Source of the DNA: Chlamydiota bacterium
Lineage (GTDB): Bacteria > Auribacterota > JACPWU01
Reading direction: 5' to 3'
Length of the DNA: 64,000 nt
NCBI GenBank assembly: GCA_016196885.1
Contig: JACPWU010000003.1
Location: forward strand, 21,633 to 85,632
Shown in pieces: positions 12,201 to 16,859 of the stretch; positions within the stretch are counted from its first letter, which is position 1; each line of letters begins with the position of its first letter. Under the pieces are notes generated by a model. That model was not told where the DNA came from and did not search any database. It saw only the letters and a list, made by a program, of their open reading frames with translations. Both the position numbers and the translations under genes were made by a program.

Positions 12201-12803
12201 ACCCAAGCGGGTGAGAAGCCGCGCCTTATTATCATGGATGCTGGGATATTGCAGGGGGAGGGGAACGTTGAAAGAATGAAAGTGACTTTACGTGCTTTGA
12301 GAGATGAGATCGAGAGGAGTCAGGATCAAAATCTAAAAGTTTGGATTACGGGCCTAGATGCCCAAGGGGCTGCCTTAAATTTATTCTCAGAATTTAAAGA
12401 AGAAAAATGGTTTAAATTTATGGATTTGACAAGGGGGGATCAAACACTTACGGATCTTCTAGGTGAAGAAAGAATAGACCATGAAAATGTGACTGCAGCC
12501 TATCTTGACCTTGAAGAACACCGAGCTTTTTTTAAGGGCTTAACGATTCAAAAAGTCGTGGTCCGAAAGCCGGGTGAAGGAGAAATCCTTTCATTCTCTG
12601 CTGTTTTCATGGCCTGCCTTGCTGACAATTATGATGAATTACTCGCTCAATTTGATGATCCTGAGCAACGCGCTCAGGTAGAGCAAGTGATTGCGCAAGT
12701 GAGAGAGGGTAATTTAACGGCTTTGTTTGTGAAACCTGTCCGTGTGTCTGATGCTTTACAAGGGAAGATAAGCGCGAGAGAAGAGGCACAGACCAACATG
12801 TAG
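3..12803 (+). CDS. Giant multidomain membrane protein, 5'-partial (at least 4266 aa; the ORF runs off the window start)
   Basis: 12.8 kb with no stop. Hydrophobic helices lie near nt 4920-5040, 8000-8500 and 9960-10030. Enzyme-like motifs (P-loops, HExxH, C(X)5R) are spread along it. Confidence 0.85.
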   Translation: MSKEKLPSSISVLSSVNAINDNFCEFNVKENAIFTEFGSHSNILWDPIVSIESVGFEHVYDIEVEGTHNFVGNGIFAHNTAIFATPTPQTLSQATSNIVGEKLLDEFEKLNGDRPLQEISISEKSGQVLEPLRQALEGHEDAKYMMVRIDVELSQGVVNHVIVIDTVENLRRDVLQLTQGSLDLARISHHISAASANSASSASSDSVGHAQHIAKYASHGLGRLPRIQGRPDALATKSDEKCGLEGFEFILNYSEHGAREEQGVGETLVFLHNITLGTSGQSLLRGRGLMSSVISQWARYLAESTLSGRLTLATDAKHPATISLFKKHFLAHAPSDLEKISLKDRFKVDVEYTTVHPLFGSLPIGLRDAQRPVKIKSLGEIKLVNGTYEVEIPSGVLPENQEGRIVTEINETLRDVSDWLKQSTLSRISGFRMPETLDLSVASFFESLAGSTPERGEQRAGLILARELLAIQDPQGRRQLMRLAILHELASLIWPSLIWPEHRRGRSGDILMEVDAHYLADMMSGESGDASIQAIHGVLSSYAEGQTIVRDRVYASKNPIDVAIYDYYQFTQLVREFRSQIISNQPVPELISYARFMTSRRKDMDARSVVDERVERIKTGQNLSSDDPSRIKDRLNALVRELESDDALALLDRKLEVGDDVVNFYWRGTGDEETIGLKQANDEIWGYGLTNQLISVVQKGALTLMEESGLVELTLETDDKGVLHIKNGRDLIRKNYKSTVFRVAQDRRVGDYELRLGNIQLQLNDALNRYVRGEETALLGKPDEAIVSRFHQSVRDPKKKIQIDFGIGTVRGGDLRSKVEADSEAIKAAIMAHHSEARRFDQETFEAGIEEAVKIKNILIEARFSLFTASGELDSDTFDHLRKWEKFEKSQHDTWSGVLGQSSMTLTDVQSSVSEGMSYPEFLESRNASGLLQNHLLRKLYHYHLAKHFFEWVGIVDYIKEWQSDALKAQERSRQVNDALKYIQENRSEYEKIIGKLSEGVPSLETHEASLRESMEEKIRLAQSLLSSDRKIPGCTSRRVFDARAFSHSEKGMVFINLDVKGMGRENFKDFLKRVEKIHELIQQKKSNPSLTETVNEQILSQTLIAGDTVTENFVKVGKKAVGVIAERLKERPDLLNQMGIFLNSDGSIDEEKTLNLVEVGGDELTFAIPQEALQLIGEEGLSQIQVEAGTRMMVSPVEKERVDRRDEVNYGLAIAKLDEGTALAKELEALGFKDFFVRRLFDETTKEYFWKAFFRNAEGNIEEREMGWRPDMARGDVGHGMLAMRPYQITRFQEHLRSPRTPMFDAAQYLKGLLSDSGYSSSVVSLSSEDFRSLMMEIENGIFQAGYFVPGFDFGDEDRLRQLKSLKSEVVRVRGVNRNLPPEGVEVKNIEAAIDQLVNDIVQHPEVNLLIITGVPGAGKGVFSKALRQRLESTLQSIGSDRTVQLIERDKCFSPSGGWYRAEEEYDPDTIYDVEGPVFAGEMIEEFRTHMVNGVPPLRAEQIRRIGIFAPIDQIRGQLAERGRTLEVDHTTDVQLAAELDTRFDYWYFGEDFSKYTLMVDNTRASGSTGESGHEGGSGAETLGETLSRGIPTETVAGAHPVSTPQNRGASSKLNLSASTPAIPKEARHGKPGKEPQKGFAMIETFVRALSGGSAVMFFVFLGCFGSALSVLVGGRSNMPTNTNIEDITFQNRGASSKRGSISLDERGGVRPLTRTTTIGRLGSRSWLNLANAILSLLYSGLSSIWKTINASFGTFPANLSSLNMSLLHSVVSSMVLWVKLSSRIIIHPLLNVSVSVEAPVDFKILFSNRQGFVQVNQPHGRFFDGTARPVQVTMGEIVRRVITNDWLPTVPTPILQLYHKFHDLLSKSLVPMSQSAIPGQEVDHEAANLSHPLSLSHAPGYVNEAGRDLLTSTSTKAAGGTHPLSSNRVTEILGKMKERGIQGRVIARDDSRFKGIESKTDDFLRPLGLAGEGNKGLESMTVFDEVDLSYTSTDGTEVHVSLKKGDSVFTVTETQKGESRTTQIVAFRDDEGGVYTTARFWDQASDEAWVELCVHEISEVNAKTNQKIISALNQIQVDSTGPDARVEFFKRFYVSLTIQNNQITSLKSSNESDPAHVLAEFLEVVRTLQVLRQPITTENVLRTVSVLDQNIGGLSQGLSKNPLVGQEPTHRFSNSNAEFVDSEKLKRLRGLAELFYEAYTDAFEANRLSQGEAKWTEKDIFITDPLTNQKMTIQDLENIELQLSVGEKKTEAIQGEYRPYRRRIANLKGVKRLSLQDAYGPMLRKVQSELSQGKQSVVLRIGGRSGTGKTSIADEMGKWGLGPILPSEISVLHADDLVGFDSMRLAVEVEKKKGKKLIILEGTYSLRGREMIFEENAPEIEADVQVFVELHEDTRVQRLFERAHFRDRSWIAYMDRVIKDREDILRVASRYLPESLEKRIVDTVQQVDGEKNVAKAGGYYKAAKKLLLEHLLAVRTQGANSMFDFARVENLIDRYTIDQERRTADIIIKNDQYNTGLGVLADNQSLIFRDSLKRLSSLLPSIQKNKDEIVTLIITLVRDFSSNPIILGIEDLFQQEGTTQRLTTMKTDPLRKWVEKFLILPAHVSQLSRLVRTSLRETSRNPSFLHSTLGDKPRDEVKRWIDQNADFVERYAPIRRGLSQFMRRYSLGAANILGGLSVGFSRETWYRIFAIGFVGSLISGMAAFVLSLSSDRLGFAILSGLAITLLTSVVVDDMAMSFAEAHYVVTSENYLAGKGREESLNGKELSEAEYRKTPEYKAHHDFAMNIALIGLITFVAGVIFTQVTGFSFTFPLFILLEVVSIVVPSLIHAIHDIRFWFGHEELTLHSAGNVSLQDLTPNRLLQKYLDEGTMLQITLVNGAGIRVLFGQIEKIEVSGYSPVFYLKGSLLPVPIQDNVKVKPVTKAEIYKSVRKSLGELAGESYFGKKFLKTLIEIPDAINKFLSGVDSHGQLELKERFPTAAQSYQGALAACFSEKGSTKLAYLLMRQYKLPDDLRKRDSIPFLFDEKLSETGGLSKWVEDVFVLEGEAFETLINQQYESSVRYIGGVSAMKMDDFIRDVEGDKSKFKMSLIHALVVSYKDLEGRMPIETFKTLLVRVVMEAYTESHLKNAHHALTIGLGLLREMKSPKTFFRVLYHEFGHNLLEMVHYLEYKTFLEKAQNELISDLMMCSVQGEGVHDIREAIGFLQYASAGMTADVNRGQAFSPHDLARAQLMKLFNRIGEANERRAKQGLPAVRLNFKELLFSALELGFDEKGDFSQWFNQVIQKALRPQKTFVLEGGVTVFSQQQLMTRWDKFKRIALLSLYGLIPVVVLPIIILYRLRILKKSFLQNFVHWMRAFIGKRGQVNSLDWLPGELEHLDVSRGVRLSEVTAKRIGTRANEKDVKWDRSNEVDITNEVQASLIEVIQVVLGNAHVDEDATRAPPGLERHSTYEQILRNVSEALERGKIRIVYADFDNDDVEATRVFEDGVLTVVINRKALDLEIILSYVAHEFGEEKAGLLHPEVASGLEPFIRWRLSGGKDFIPRRIERAVGLAVLKALNGDMTAQQYLEDFLNGYQYDREKYGREGEEVANEFSREVRGCCEDAIVRDIRELTQSGSLSILRNIPGGLFKLLIDVVNSSAHYKGESELIELRDKMLQERGVDLNKPPSGAARYADVSDAVKILAGDILRDPKQITLISGIPGSGKTTFGQRLTEELRSRSSYFRVELIETDNIHSSLEYEEGVIYIIEGSALQQSNFQEYIGSSILKHASHSSFRRVGMYAPVEAVKTRIQGRSRDKMDIDLYWQAYDRMLYWYLAEDFSQYQMVVLNYSLGKEGLQELEKAGYPILRSIDDQSLPPLRPGQDRYKVITVCRANIFRSQMLQLFLQKMFEKLGFGSLFEVSSRGFTEHIYRDPWRTLYKEYIPTRERVYSSLVDRGGPGRRAADEYYFLKERAEFLGDADIQSASLILVADQNIKDRLSEKNPDLGDRVRLMTDLFPEGHDLYGKDLPDLPVNGPAVGIPSLNGAQLWKLLEVVISNYQKAFVQRIDPFFSAFQKFLRLKLKPTQAGEKPRLIIMDAGILQGEGNVERMKVTLRALRDEIERSQDQNLKVWITGLDAQGAALNLFSEFKEEKWFKFMDLTRGDQTLTDLLGEERIDHENVTAAYLDLEEHRAFFKGLTIQKVVVRKPGEGEILSFSAVFMACLADNYDELLAQFDDPEQRAQVEQVIAQVREGNLTALFVKPVRVSDALQGKISAREEAQTNM
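6880..7260 (+). other. Uridine kinase / phosphoribulokinase-like P-loop module inside giant protein 1
   Basis: The motifs VVLRIGGRSGTGKTS (Walker A), LIILEGTY and VFVELHEDTRVQRLFERAHFRDR resemble the UK/PRK family signatures GxSGSGKT, IxEG and DxxxRxxRRxxRD. Confidence 0.45.
9440..9500 (+). other. HExxH zincin-like motif (YHEFGHNLLEMVH) in giant protein 1
   Basis: An HEFGH pentapeptide flanked by hydrophobic residues. No third metal ligand was identified. Confidence 0.3.
11080..11440 (+). other. Second UK/PRK-like P-loop kinase module (a third P-loop, GVPGAGKG, lies near nt 4240-4280)
   Basis: ITLISGIPGSGKTTFG followed by IYIIEGS. An additional Walker A, LLIITGVPGAGKGVF, sits at about 4230-4280. 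Confidence 0.4.
11590..12060 (+). other. Low-molecular-weight protein tyrosine phosphatase / ArsC-fold-like module in giant protein 1
   Basis: VITVCRANIFRS matches the LMW-PTP P-loop C-x-x-N-I-x-R-S (C(X)5R-S). A downstream SSRGF resembles the ATSGY region. Confidence 0.45.
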
Positions 12804-12834
12804 GGACGCGCCTTGAGTTCAGCGTTTCCCTTGC

Positions 12835-13013
12835 TTTCACCTGAAAATAGTCTTTAGTCATTCTTATACAATGACTCATGATGACTTGTAGTCGCCCGAT
12901 TTATCGGGCAATGCCCAATGCCACAATGTCATAGACCGCCCCATAAATGGGGCGACTACAAGGGTAATTTTCATCCCCCTTTGTGCCGACCTCAGTCGGC
13001 ATGAATGTTTCAT
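12835..13013. repeat. ~175-bp palindromic MITE-like element, copy A; its core is the GTAGTCGCC...GGCGACTAC double-hairpin at 12888-12959
   Basis: Near-identical inverted copy at 15834-16002. The core has hairpins GCCCGAT-TTA-TCGGGC and GCCCCAT-AAA-TGGGGC inside an outer stem GTAGTCGC/GCGACTAC, plus the hairpin TGCCGAC-CTCA-GTCGGCA. Confidence 0.8.
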
Positions 13014-13042
13014 TGTATGATGTATAGATGTAAGGAGGGGAT

Positions 13043-13318
13043 ATGAGCGCCGTAGGTTTTGTGAGGGTTAATTTTATTTTGCCCAAAAATCTTTATCAAG
13101 CTTTAAAGGCTCTGGTTCCTGAAAGAAAAAGGAGCAAGCTGGTTACAAATTTGATTCAAAAGGAATTAAAGCGGGTGGAGAACAATCTTTACAAGGTGGC
13201 CAGAGCTGTGGAAAAAGATAAGAAGCTGCATCAGGAGATGCAAATATGGGACGTCACCTTAAACGATGGATTAGATGACCACGAATTTCAAGTTCTGGAA
13301 AGGAACACCCTCCGTTGA
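13043..13318 (+). CDS. Ribbon-helix-helix (CopG/MazE-like) antitoxin with a C-terminal extension that may be a fused toxin N-terminus
   Basis: VRVNFILPKNLYQALKALVPERKRSKLVTNLIQKEL is a typical RHH β-strand plus two helices. A Shine-Dalgarno GGAGGGGA precedes the ATG. Confidence 0.6.
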   Translation: MSAVGFVRVNFILPKNLYQALKALVPERKRSKLVTNLIQKELKRVENNLYKVARAVEKDKKLHQEMQIWDVTLNDGLDDHEFQVLERNTLR

Positions 13319-13335
13319 CAATTCAAGTTACCTGC

Positions 13336-13473
13336 ATGGGAAGACCTGCTATTGCAGTGATTGATCAAATCAGAGCGGTTGATAAATCAAGAATTGTGAA
13401 ACTTTGTGATGAGCTTCATTCTCAAGAAATGTTGAGTTTAGAAGCGGCTCTTAGAGCAGTGCTGGGGTTGTAA
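13336..13473 (+). pseudogene. C-terminal remnant of a MazF/PemK/Kid-family toxin (46 codons, different frame from the upstream RHH gene)
   Basis: MGRPAIAVIDQIRAVDKSRIVKLCDELHSQEMLSLEAALRAVLGL resembles the PemK/Kid C-terminus (...QIRTIDKxRL..KxGxLsxExMxxVxxALxxxLGL). The N-terminal two-thirds of the toxin are missing. Confidence 0.55.
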
Positions 13474-13551
13474 ACGGGTGATGGATATATTTTTTTAAAT
13501 GAGTAAAATCAGATTATATGATAATATGATTATCAGTTCTGGAGGTGTTCT

Positions 13552-13830
13552 ATGAAAAATGTTCTTGCGGTAACGGAGATGGCTCGGCATTTTGCGGAGT
13601 ATATCAATCGTGTAGCTTATCGGGGCGAGTGTTTTGTGCTTTTGCGTGGAAAAAAGGCGGTTGCAGAAATTAAGCCTGTTTTAGGGGGAAAGCGCCTGAG
13701 GGAGTTGCCGGATATTTTAAAGTCGCTGTCTCATTTATCTGAAGAAGAGGCCGTTTCTTTTAGGCGGGATGTAGATCTTTTAAGAAGAAAATCCAGGAAA
13801 GAATCCTTGAGGGATCCATGGGCGTCTTGA
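13552..13830 (+). CDS. Phd/YefM-family type II antitoxin
   Basis: AVTEMARHFAEYINRVAYRGECFVLLRGKKAVAEIKPV matches the Phd/YefM fold pattern. SD GGAGGTG precedes the ATG, and the gene overlaps the downstream PIN gene by 13 nt. Confidence 0.7.
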   Translation: MKNVLAVTEMARHFAEYINRVAYRGECFVLLRGKKAVAEIKPVLGGKRLRELPDILKSLSHLSEEEAVSFRRDVDLLRRKSRKESLRDPWAS

Positions 13831-14222
13831 TTGATTCAAGTGTATTGATAGAGCTTGAAAGGGGTCGAGAAGACTCTGCAAAGCTGATCAAAGGGCGAGA
13901 GGATGATGAGTTTTTTATATCTGTTGTGACCGCGAGCGAGCTACTTCATGGAGTTTTTCGCGCCAAGCATGCCAGTGATCGAACCCGACGTTCCGCTTTT
14001 GTAGAGGGTGTTTTGGGCCAATTTCCTCTGATTGACATTGATTTGATGGTGGCTCGGATTCATGCCCGATTATATTCAGATCTTGAGTCTAAAGGAACTA
14101 AAATTGGAATGAAGGACTCTTGGTTGGCGGCCACGGCAATTGCCTATGATCATACTTTGATGACCTTTAATATAAAAGACTTCAAAAGGGTGTCCGGCCT
14201 CAAAGTAGAATCTCCAGGGTGA
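13818..14222 (+). CDS. vapC: PIN-domain VapC-family toxin
   Basis: N-terminal MGVLIDSSVLIELERG carries the first PIN Asp. The pattern SVVTASELLHG ... DSWLAATA is VapC-like, and the gene is translationally coupled to the Phd gene. Confidence 0.7.
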   Translation: MGVLIDSSVLIELERGREDSAKLIKGREDDEFFISVVTASELLHGVFRAKHASDRTRRSAFVEGVLGQFPLIDIDLMVARIHARLYSDLESKGTKIGMKDSWLAATAIAYDHTLMTFNIKDFKRVSGLKVESPG

Positions 14223-14280
14223 CTTTTATTTACTTCAAGCAGCAGATTGTTCTTGGAAGCTTTGTGATATGATCAAAACT

Positions 14281-14682
14281 CTATTCTTCAAGAGCCTGCT
14301 TTAAGAATCGGTCCATTTCTTCCACAAATTCCTGGGCCTCGATGAGGGCCTTCTCTGCTACTTCTTGGTCAATGGCAGAATAAATCTCATAATCGCCGTT
14401 CTCGCGATCGTCTTTGAGATTGGATAGATAGCGACCGAATTTACGATCCACTTTCCCTGTTTTTACGAAATGAAGGCCGAAGAGGTTGACCAATCCCTGA
14501 TGTGTTTGAGCGGACAAGCCTTCTGTGAGAAGAACAGCTTGTGCAGCATGAAAAGCGGCATAATAGGCTCTTGAAACCGCATCGTCATAGGCTTTCAGTT
14601 TTACAAGCGATTCAGTCACTGAAAGTTTTTCCTTGGCCTTCTCAATATATCCCTGAATGAGGGAAGAAGTTTTTTTATCCAA
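14281..14682 (-). CDS. HEPN-domain protein (toxin partner of a minimal nucleotidyltransferase)
   Basis: AVSRAYYAAFHAAQAVL ... R(x)4-6H-like HEPN region. Overlaps the upstream MNT gene by 8 nt. A paralogue lies at 54555-54968. Confidence 0.7.
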   Translation of the reverse strand: MDKKTSSLIQGYIEKAKEKLSVTESLVKLKAYDDAVSRAYYAAFHAAQAVLLTEGLSAQTHQGLVNLFGLHFVKTGKVDRKFGRYLSNLKDDRENGDYEIYSAIDQEVAEKALIEAQEFVEEMDRFLKQALEE

Positions 14683-14992
14683 TTTTGATGCCTTCTTTTT
14701 GAATATGTTCCATAAAAGGGGTTGGAATCTGTCTCAAGCGATCAAATTCAGTTCTCTTGAAAAATTTCAGAGAGATCACCTTTCCTGTTTCTAAGAGGAT
14801 GTCTAAGACGATGTCGTAGAGTGCATCTTTGAATTCGAGGTCCATTCTAGACAGGACGATCAAAACATCATAGTCAGAATCAGGTCGAGCATCGCCCCTG
14901 GCCCTGGAGCCAAAAAGGTAAAGCTCCTCCATGGGCCCCTTCAATCGAAGGGTTTCTTGAATGAATCTTTGCAAGATAGGGTCTATGATCAT
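14675..14992 (-). CDS. Minimal nucleotidyltransferase (MNT, Pol-β fold) antitoxin partner of HEPN
   Basis: LYLFGSRARGDARPDSDYDVLIV matches the GS-x(9-13)-DxD nucleotidyltransferase signature. Confidence 0.75.
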   Translation of the reverse strand: MIIDPILQRFIQETLRLKGPMEELYLFGSRARGDARPDSDYDVLIVLSRMDLEFKDALYDIVLDILLETGKVISLKFFKRTEFDRLRQIPTPFMEHIQKEGIKIG

Positions 14993-15026
14993 GGGGGCAT
15001 TATATCATATTGTGTGTAAAAGAAAG

Positions 15027-15074
15027 ATCTCTCGTCCCCAGCCCTTTGTGAACAAAGGGCTGGGGACGAGAGAT
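15027..15074. promoter_or_regulatory. Perfect 22-bp-stem inverted repeat (ATCTCTCGTCCCCAGCCCTTTGT-gaa-ACAAAGGGCTGGGGACGAGAGAT) in the divergent promoter region between the MNT-HEPN and RHH-PIN operons
   Basis: Read directly from the sequence. It sits between two divergently transcribed TA operons, so it is not a terminator for either. Confidence 0.5.
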
Positions 15075-15140
15075 GACACGCAATTTAACGCGTTTGTATT
15101 AGTTCGGCTAGGTATTTGACATTGCTATTCAAGATATTTT

Positions 15141-15151
15141 TGTGTTACAAT
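15141..15151 (+). promoter_or_regulatory. Extended -10-like motif TGTGTTACAAT upstream of the RHH-PIN operon
   Basis: TGnTACAAT lies ~30 nt upstream of ATG 15180 with an intervening GGGAGG Shine-Dalgarno. The identical 11-mer recurs at 53420-53430 upstream of another TA operon. Confidence 0.4.
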
Positions 15152-15179
15152 GTCTTACATAAAGGGAGGATTGCCTCGA

Positions 15180-15398
15180 ATGAATACGACATTGACCATA
15201 CGGATCCCAAGCCGTCTTCGCAGGGAACTCAAGGAGATGAGTAAGCTTGAGCATGTGCCCATGAGTGAACTTGTTCGGGTTTCTTTGGCCAATTTTGTTT
15301 CTTTGAGAAAATTTCGTAAGCTAAGACAGCAAGTGCTCCCCTTTGCCGAGGCCCAAGGGCTTCTCTCAGACGAAGATGTTTTCAGAGTTCTTTCATGA
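15180..15398 (+). CDS. Ribbon-helix-helix (CopG-like) antitoxin
   Basis: MNTTLTIRIPSRLRRELKEMSKLEHVPMSELVRVSLANF is an RHH pattern. SD GGGAGG lies 10 nt upstream. The ORF-track start at 15150 overlaps the -10 motif, so 15180 is preferred. The gene overlaps the PIN gene by 4 nt. Confidence 0.6.
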   Translation: MNTTLTIRIPSRLRRELKEMSKLEHVPMSELVRVSLANFVSLRKFRKLRQQVLPFAEAQGLLSDEDVFRVLS

Positions 15399-15802
15399 AG
15401 GTTCTTCTGGATAGCAATGTGATTGTTGCTGCCTTTGCGGCTCGTGGATTATGCCATGCCCTATTCGAGGTTTGTCTCGCAAAGCACCAGATCGTACTGG
15501 GCCCTTACATTGTAGATGAGGTCAAAAAGGCCCTTCGAGAGAAGATAAAACTTCCTTCAGGGAAAATTGAAGAAATAGTTTTCTTTCTTAAATCTCGCGC
15601 CTTTTTTGTTGAACCTGTCAGATTATCTGAAAATCCATGTCGTGATGCGAAAGATCTTCAAATTCTCGCATTGGCTGTGAGCGCAAAAGCGAGGTGCCTT
15701 ATAACAGGTGATAAGGACTTGCTTTTTCTCAAGAGGTATCAATCCATTTTAATTTTGACCCCGCGTGAGTTCTGGGATTTTTCTAAAACTTATAAAGATT
15801 AA
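15395..15802 (+). CDS. PIN-domain toxin
   Basis: MKVLLDSNVIVAAF carries the PIN N-terminal Asp, followed by ...LITGDKDLL. Translationally coupled to the RHH gene. Confidence 0.65.
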   Translation: MKVLLDSNVIVAAFAARGLCHALFEVCLAKHQIVLGPYIVDEVKKALREKIKLPSGKIEEIVFFLKSRAFFVEPVRLSENPCRDAKDLQILALAVSAKARCLITGDKDLLFLKRYQSILILTPREFWDFSKTYKD

Positions 15803-15825
15803 GCAGCCGATCGTTCCTGGATGTT
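15798..15825. repeat. 28-bp direct repeat GATTAAGCAGCCGATCGTTCCTGGATGT, copy 1; the second copy is at 16058-16085
   Basis: Perfect 28/28 match. Copy 1 contains the PIN stop codon (gat TAA). Copy 2 contains the HigA stop codon on the opposite strand together with HigA's last 8 codons. The two copies bracket a 232-bp segment that holds MITE-like copy B. Confidence 0.85.
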
Positions 15826-15833
15826 CAATTGCT

Positions 15834-16002
15834 ATGAAACATTCATGCCGACTGAGGTCGGCACAAAAGGGGATGTTGTAGTCGCCCCATTTATGGGGCG
15901 GTCTATGACATTGGGGCATTGGGCATTGCCCGATAAATCGGGCGACTACAAGTCATCATGAGTCATTGTATAAGAATGACTAAAGACTATTTTCAGGTGA
16001 AA
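15834..16002. repeat. ~170-bp palindromic MITE-like element, copy B, inverted relative to copy A; core at 15878-15949
   Basis: Its reverse complement matches 12835-13013 nearly base for base, apart from a ~10-bp indel. The spurious ORFs 12607-12879(-) and 15958-16191(+) both begin MSHCIRMTKDYFQVK and derive from this repeat. Confidence 0.8.
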
Positions 16003-16059
16003 TGCGGGCTAGGGACGATGTCAACATTCTATTTTGGTGGAATGCTAATTTGCGATAGA

Positions 16060-16320
16060 TTAAGCAGCCGATCGTTCCTGGATGTCCCAGCTGGGAAAAA
16101 GGAGCACAGATGGGTGACATTTAAGTGCTCGAGCCAGCGCCTTTGCCCGTTCAACGCCCAATTTAATGTGTCCTTTCTCAAGGGCAGATAGGGTGGGCTG
16201 GGGAATGCCACTTAAATAAGCCAGTTTGTTTTGACTAAAATTCTGGAGCTCTCTCAAAATACGTACAGATTCTCCAACAGATACTTCAACGCTTCTTCTT
16301 GCGATTCTGTAATCTTTCAT
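16060..16320 (-). CDS. higA: HigA-like XRE-family HTH antitoxin
   Basis: LRELQNFSQNKLAYLSGIPQPTLSALEKGH is a Cro/C1-type HTH. Located immediately downstream of a RelE/HigB-like gene, with a 1-nt gap. Confidence 0.7.
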   Translation of the reverse strand: MKDYRIARRSVEVSVGESVRILRELQNFSQNKLAYLSGIPQPTLSALEKGHIKLGVERAKALARALKCHPSVLLFPSWDIQERSAA

Positions 16321-16321
16321 T

Positions 16322-16603
16322 TTACTTTCTCCTGTAATCGTGTGCTGTGATATCCATTACCTTCACGTATATCTTGTCGCTTTCTCTCCAATAAATCACA
16401 CGATATTGAAGACCGAGTCGTGACGAGCGGTATCCCTCCCATGAACCTTTCAGAGCTTCATCGTGAAAGCCTTTAATCTGACGTAAGCCCATGGGGCCTG
16501 AAATGCTAACAATGTCTTTCCACTTCTCATATCGTTTCAAAATCTCTATCGGGATCCGAAAAAGTTTCTTCGTTAACGCTTGATGTTCATAAACAATCCA
16601 CAT
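16322..16603 (-). CDS. higB: RelE/ParE-superfamily toxin (HigB-like, toxin-first arrangement)
   Basis: 93 aa, basic, with IKGFHDEALKGSWEGYRSSRL...YRVIY...VKVMDITAHDY resembling HigB/RelE. The toxin sits upstream of the HTH antitoxin. Confidence 0.6.
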   Translation of the reverse strand: MWIVYEHQALTKKLFRIPIEILKRYEKWKDIVSISGPMGLRQIKGFHDEALKGSWEGYRSSRLGLQYRVIYWRESDKIYVKVMDITAHDYRRK

Positions 16604-16668
16604 ACTATGTTTATACTATATCTTTTTTATTATGTCCAGGAAATGAATGTACGAAAACATTATCACTT

Positions 16669-16859
16669 GTCATTCCCGCAATCTTCAACGAAGTAGCCCC
16701 TATGGGGTAAGCGGGAATCCAAAAGGCTGGATCCCCCCGACAAAAGCACTCGGGGATGACACCGAGTATGGGTCATTCCCGCAGGCTTCAAGCGGGAATC
16801 CAGAATGGATCCCCGACAACCCCGAAGGTGGCTGCTTCGCTGAAGCACTCGGGGATGAC
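16669..16859. repeat. Two tandem copies of a ~90-bp double-hairpin repeat (units 16669-16760 and 16772-16859)
   Basis: Each unit has the stem ATTCCCGC/GCGGGAAT and the stem ATCCCCGA/TCGGGGAT with structured loops, including GCTTCGCTGAAGC. A related copy lies inside giant gene 3 at ~62025-62200. Confidence 0.7.

Noticed and set aside
12607-12879. Minus-strand 90-aa ORF beginning MSHCIRMTKDYFQVK, together with its plus-strand twin at 15958-16191
   Set aside because: Both start inside the inverted copies of the palindromic element and overlap the end of giant gene 1 or the HigA gene. They are repeat-derived rather than independent genes.
16669-16859. Possible CRISPR array
   Set aside because: Only two repeat units are present, with no unique spacers between them (the units abut), and no cas genes nearby. 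This is a REP/MITE-like tandem, not CRISPR.
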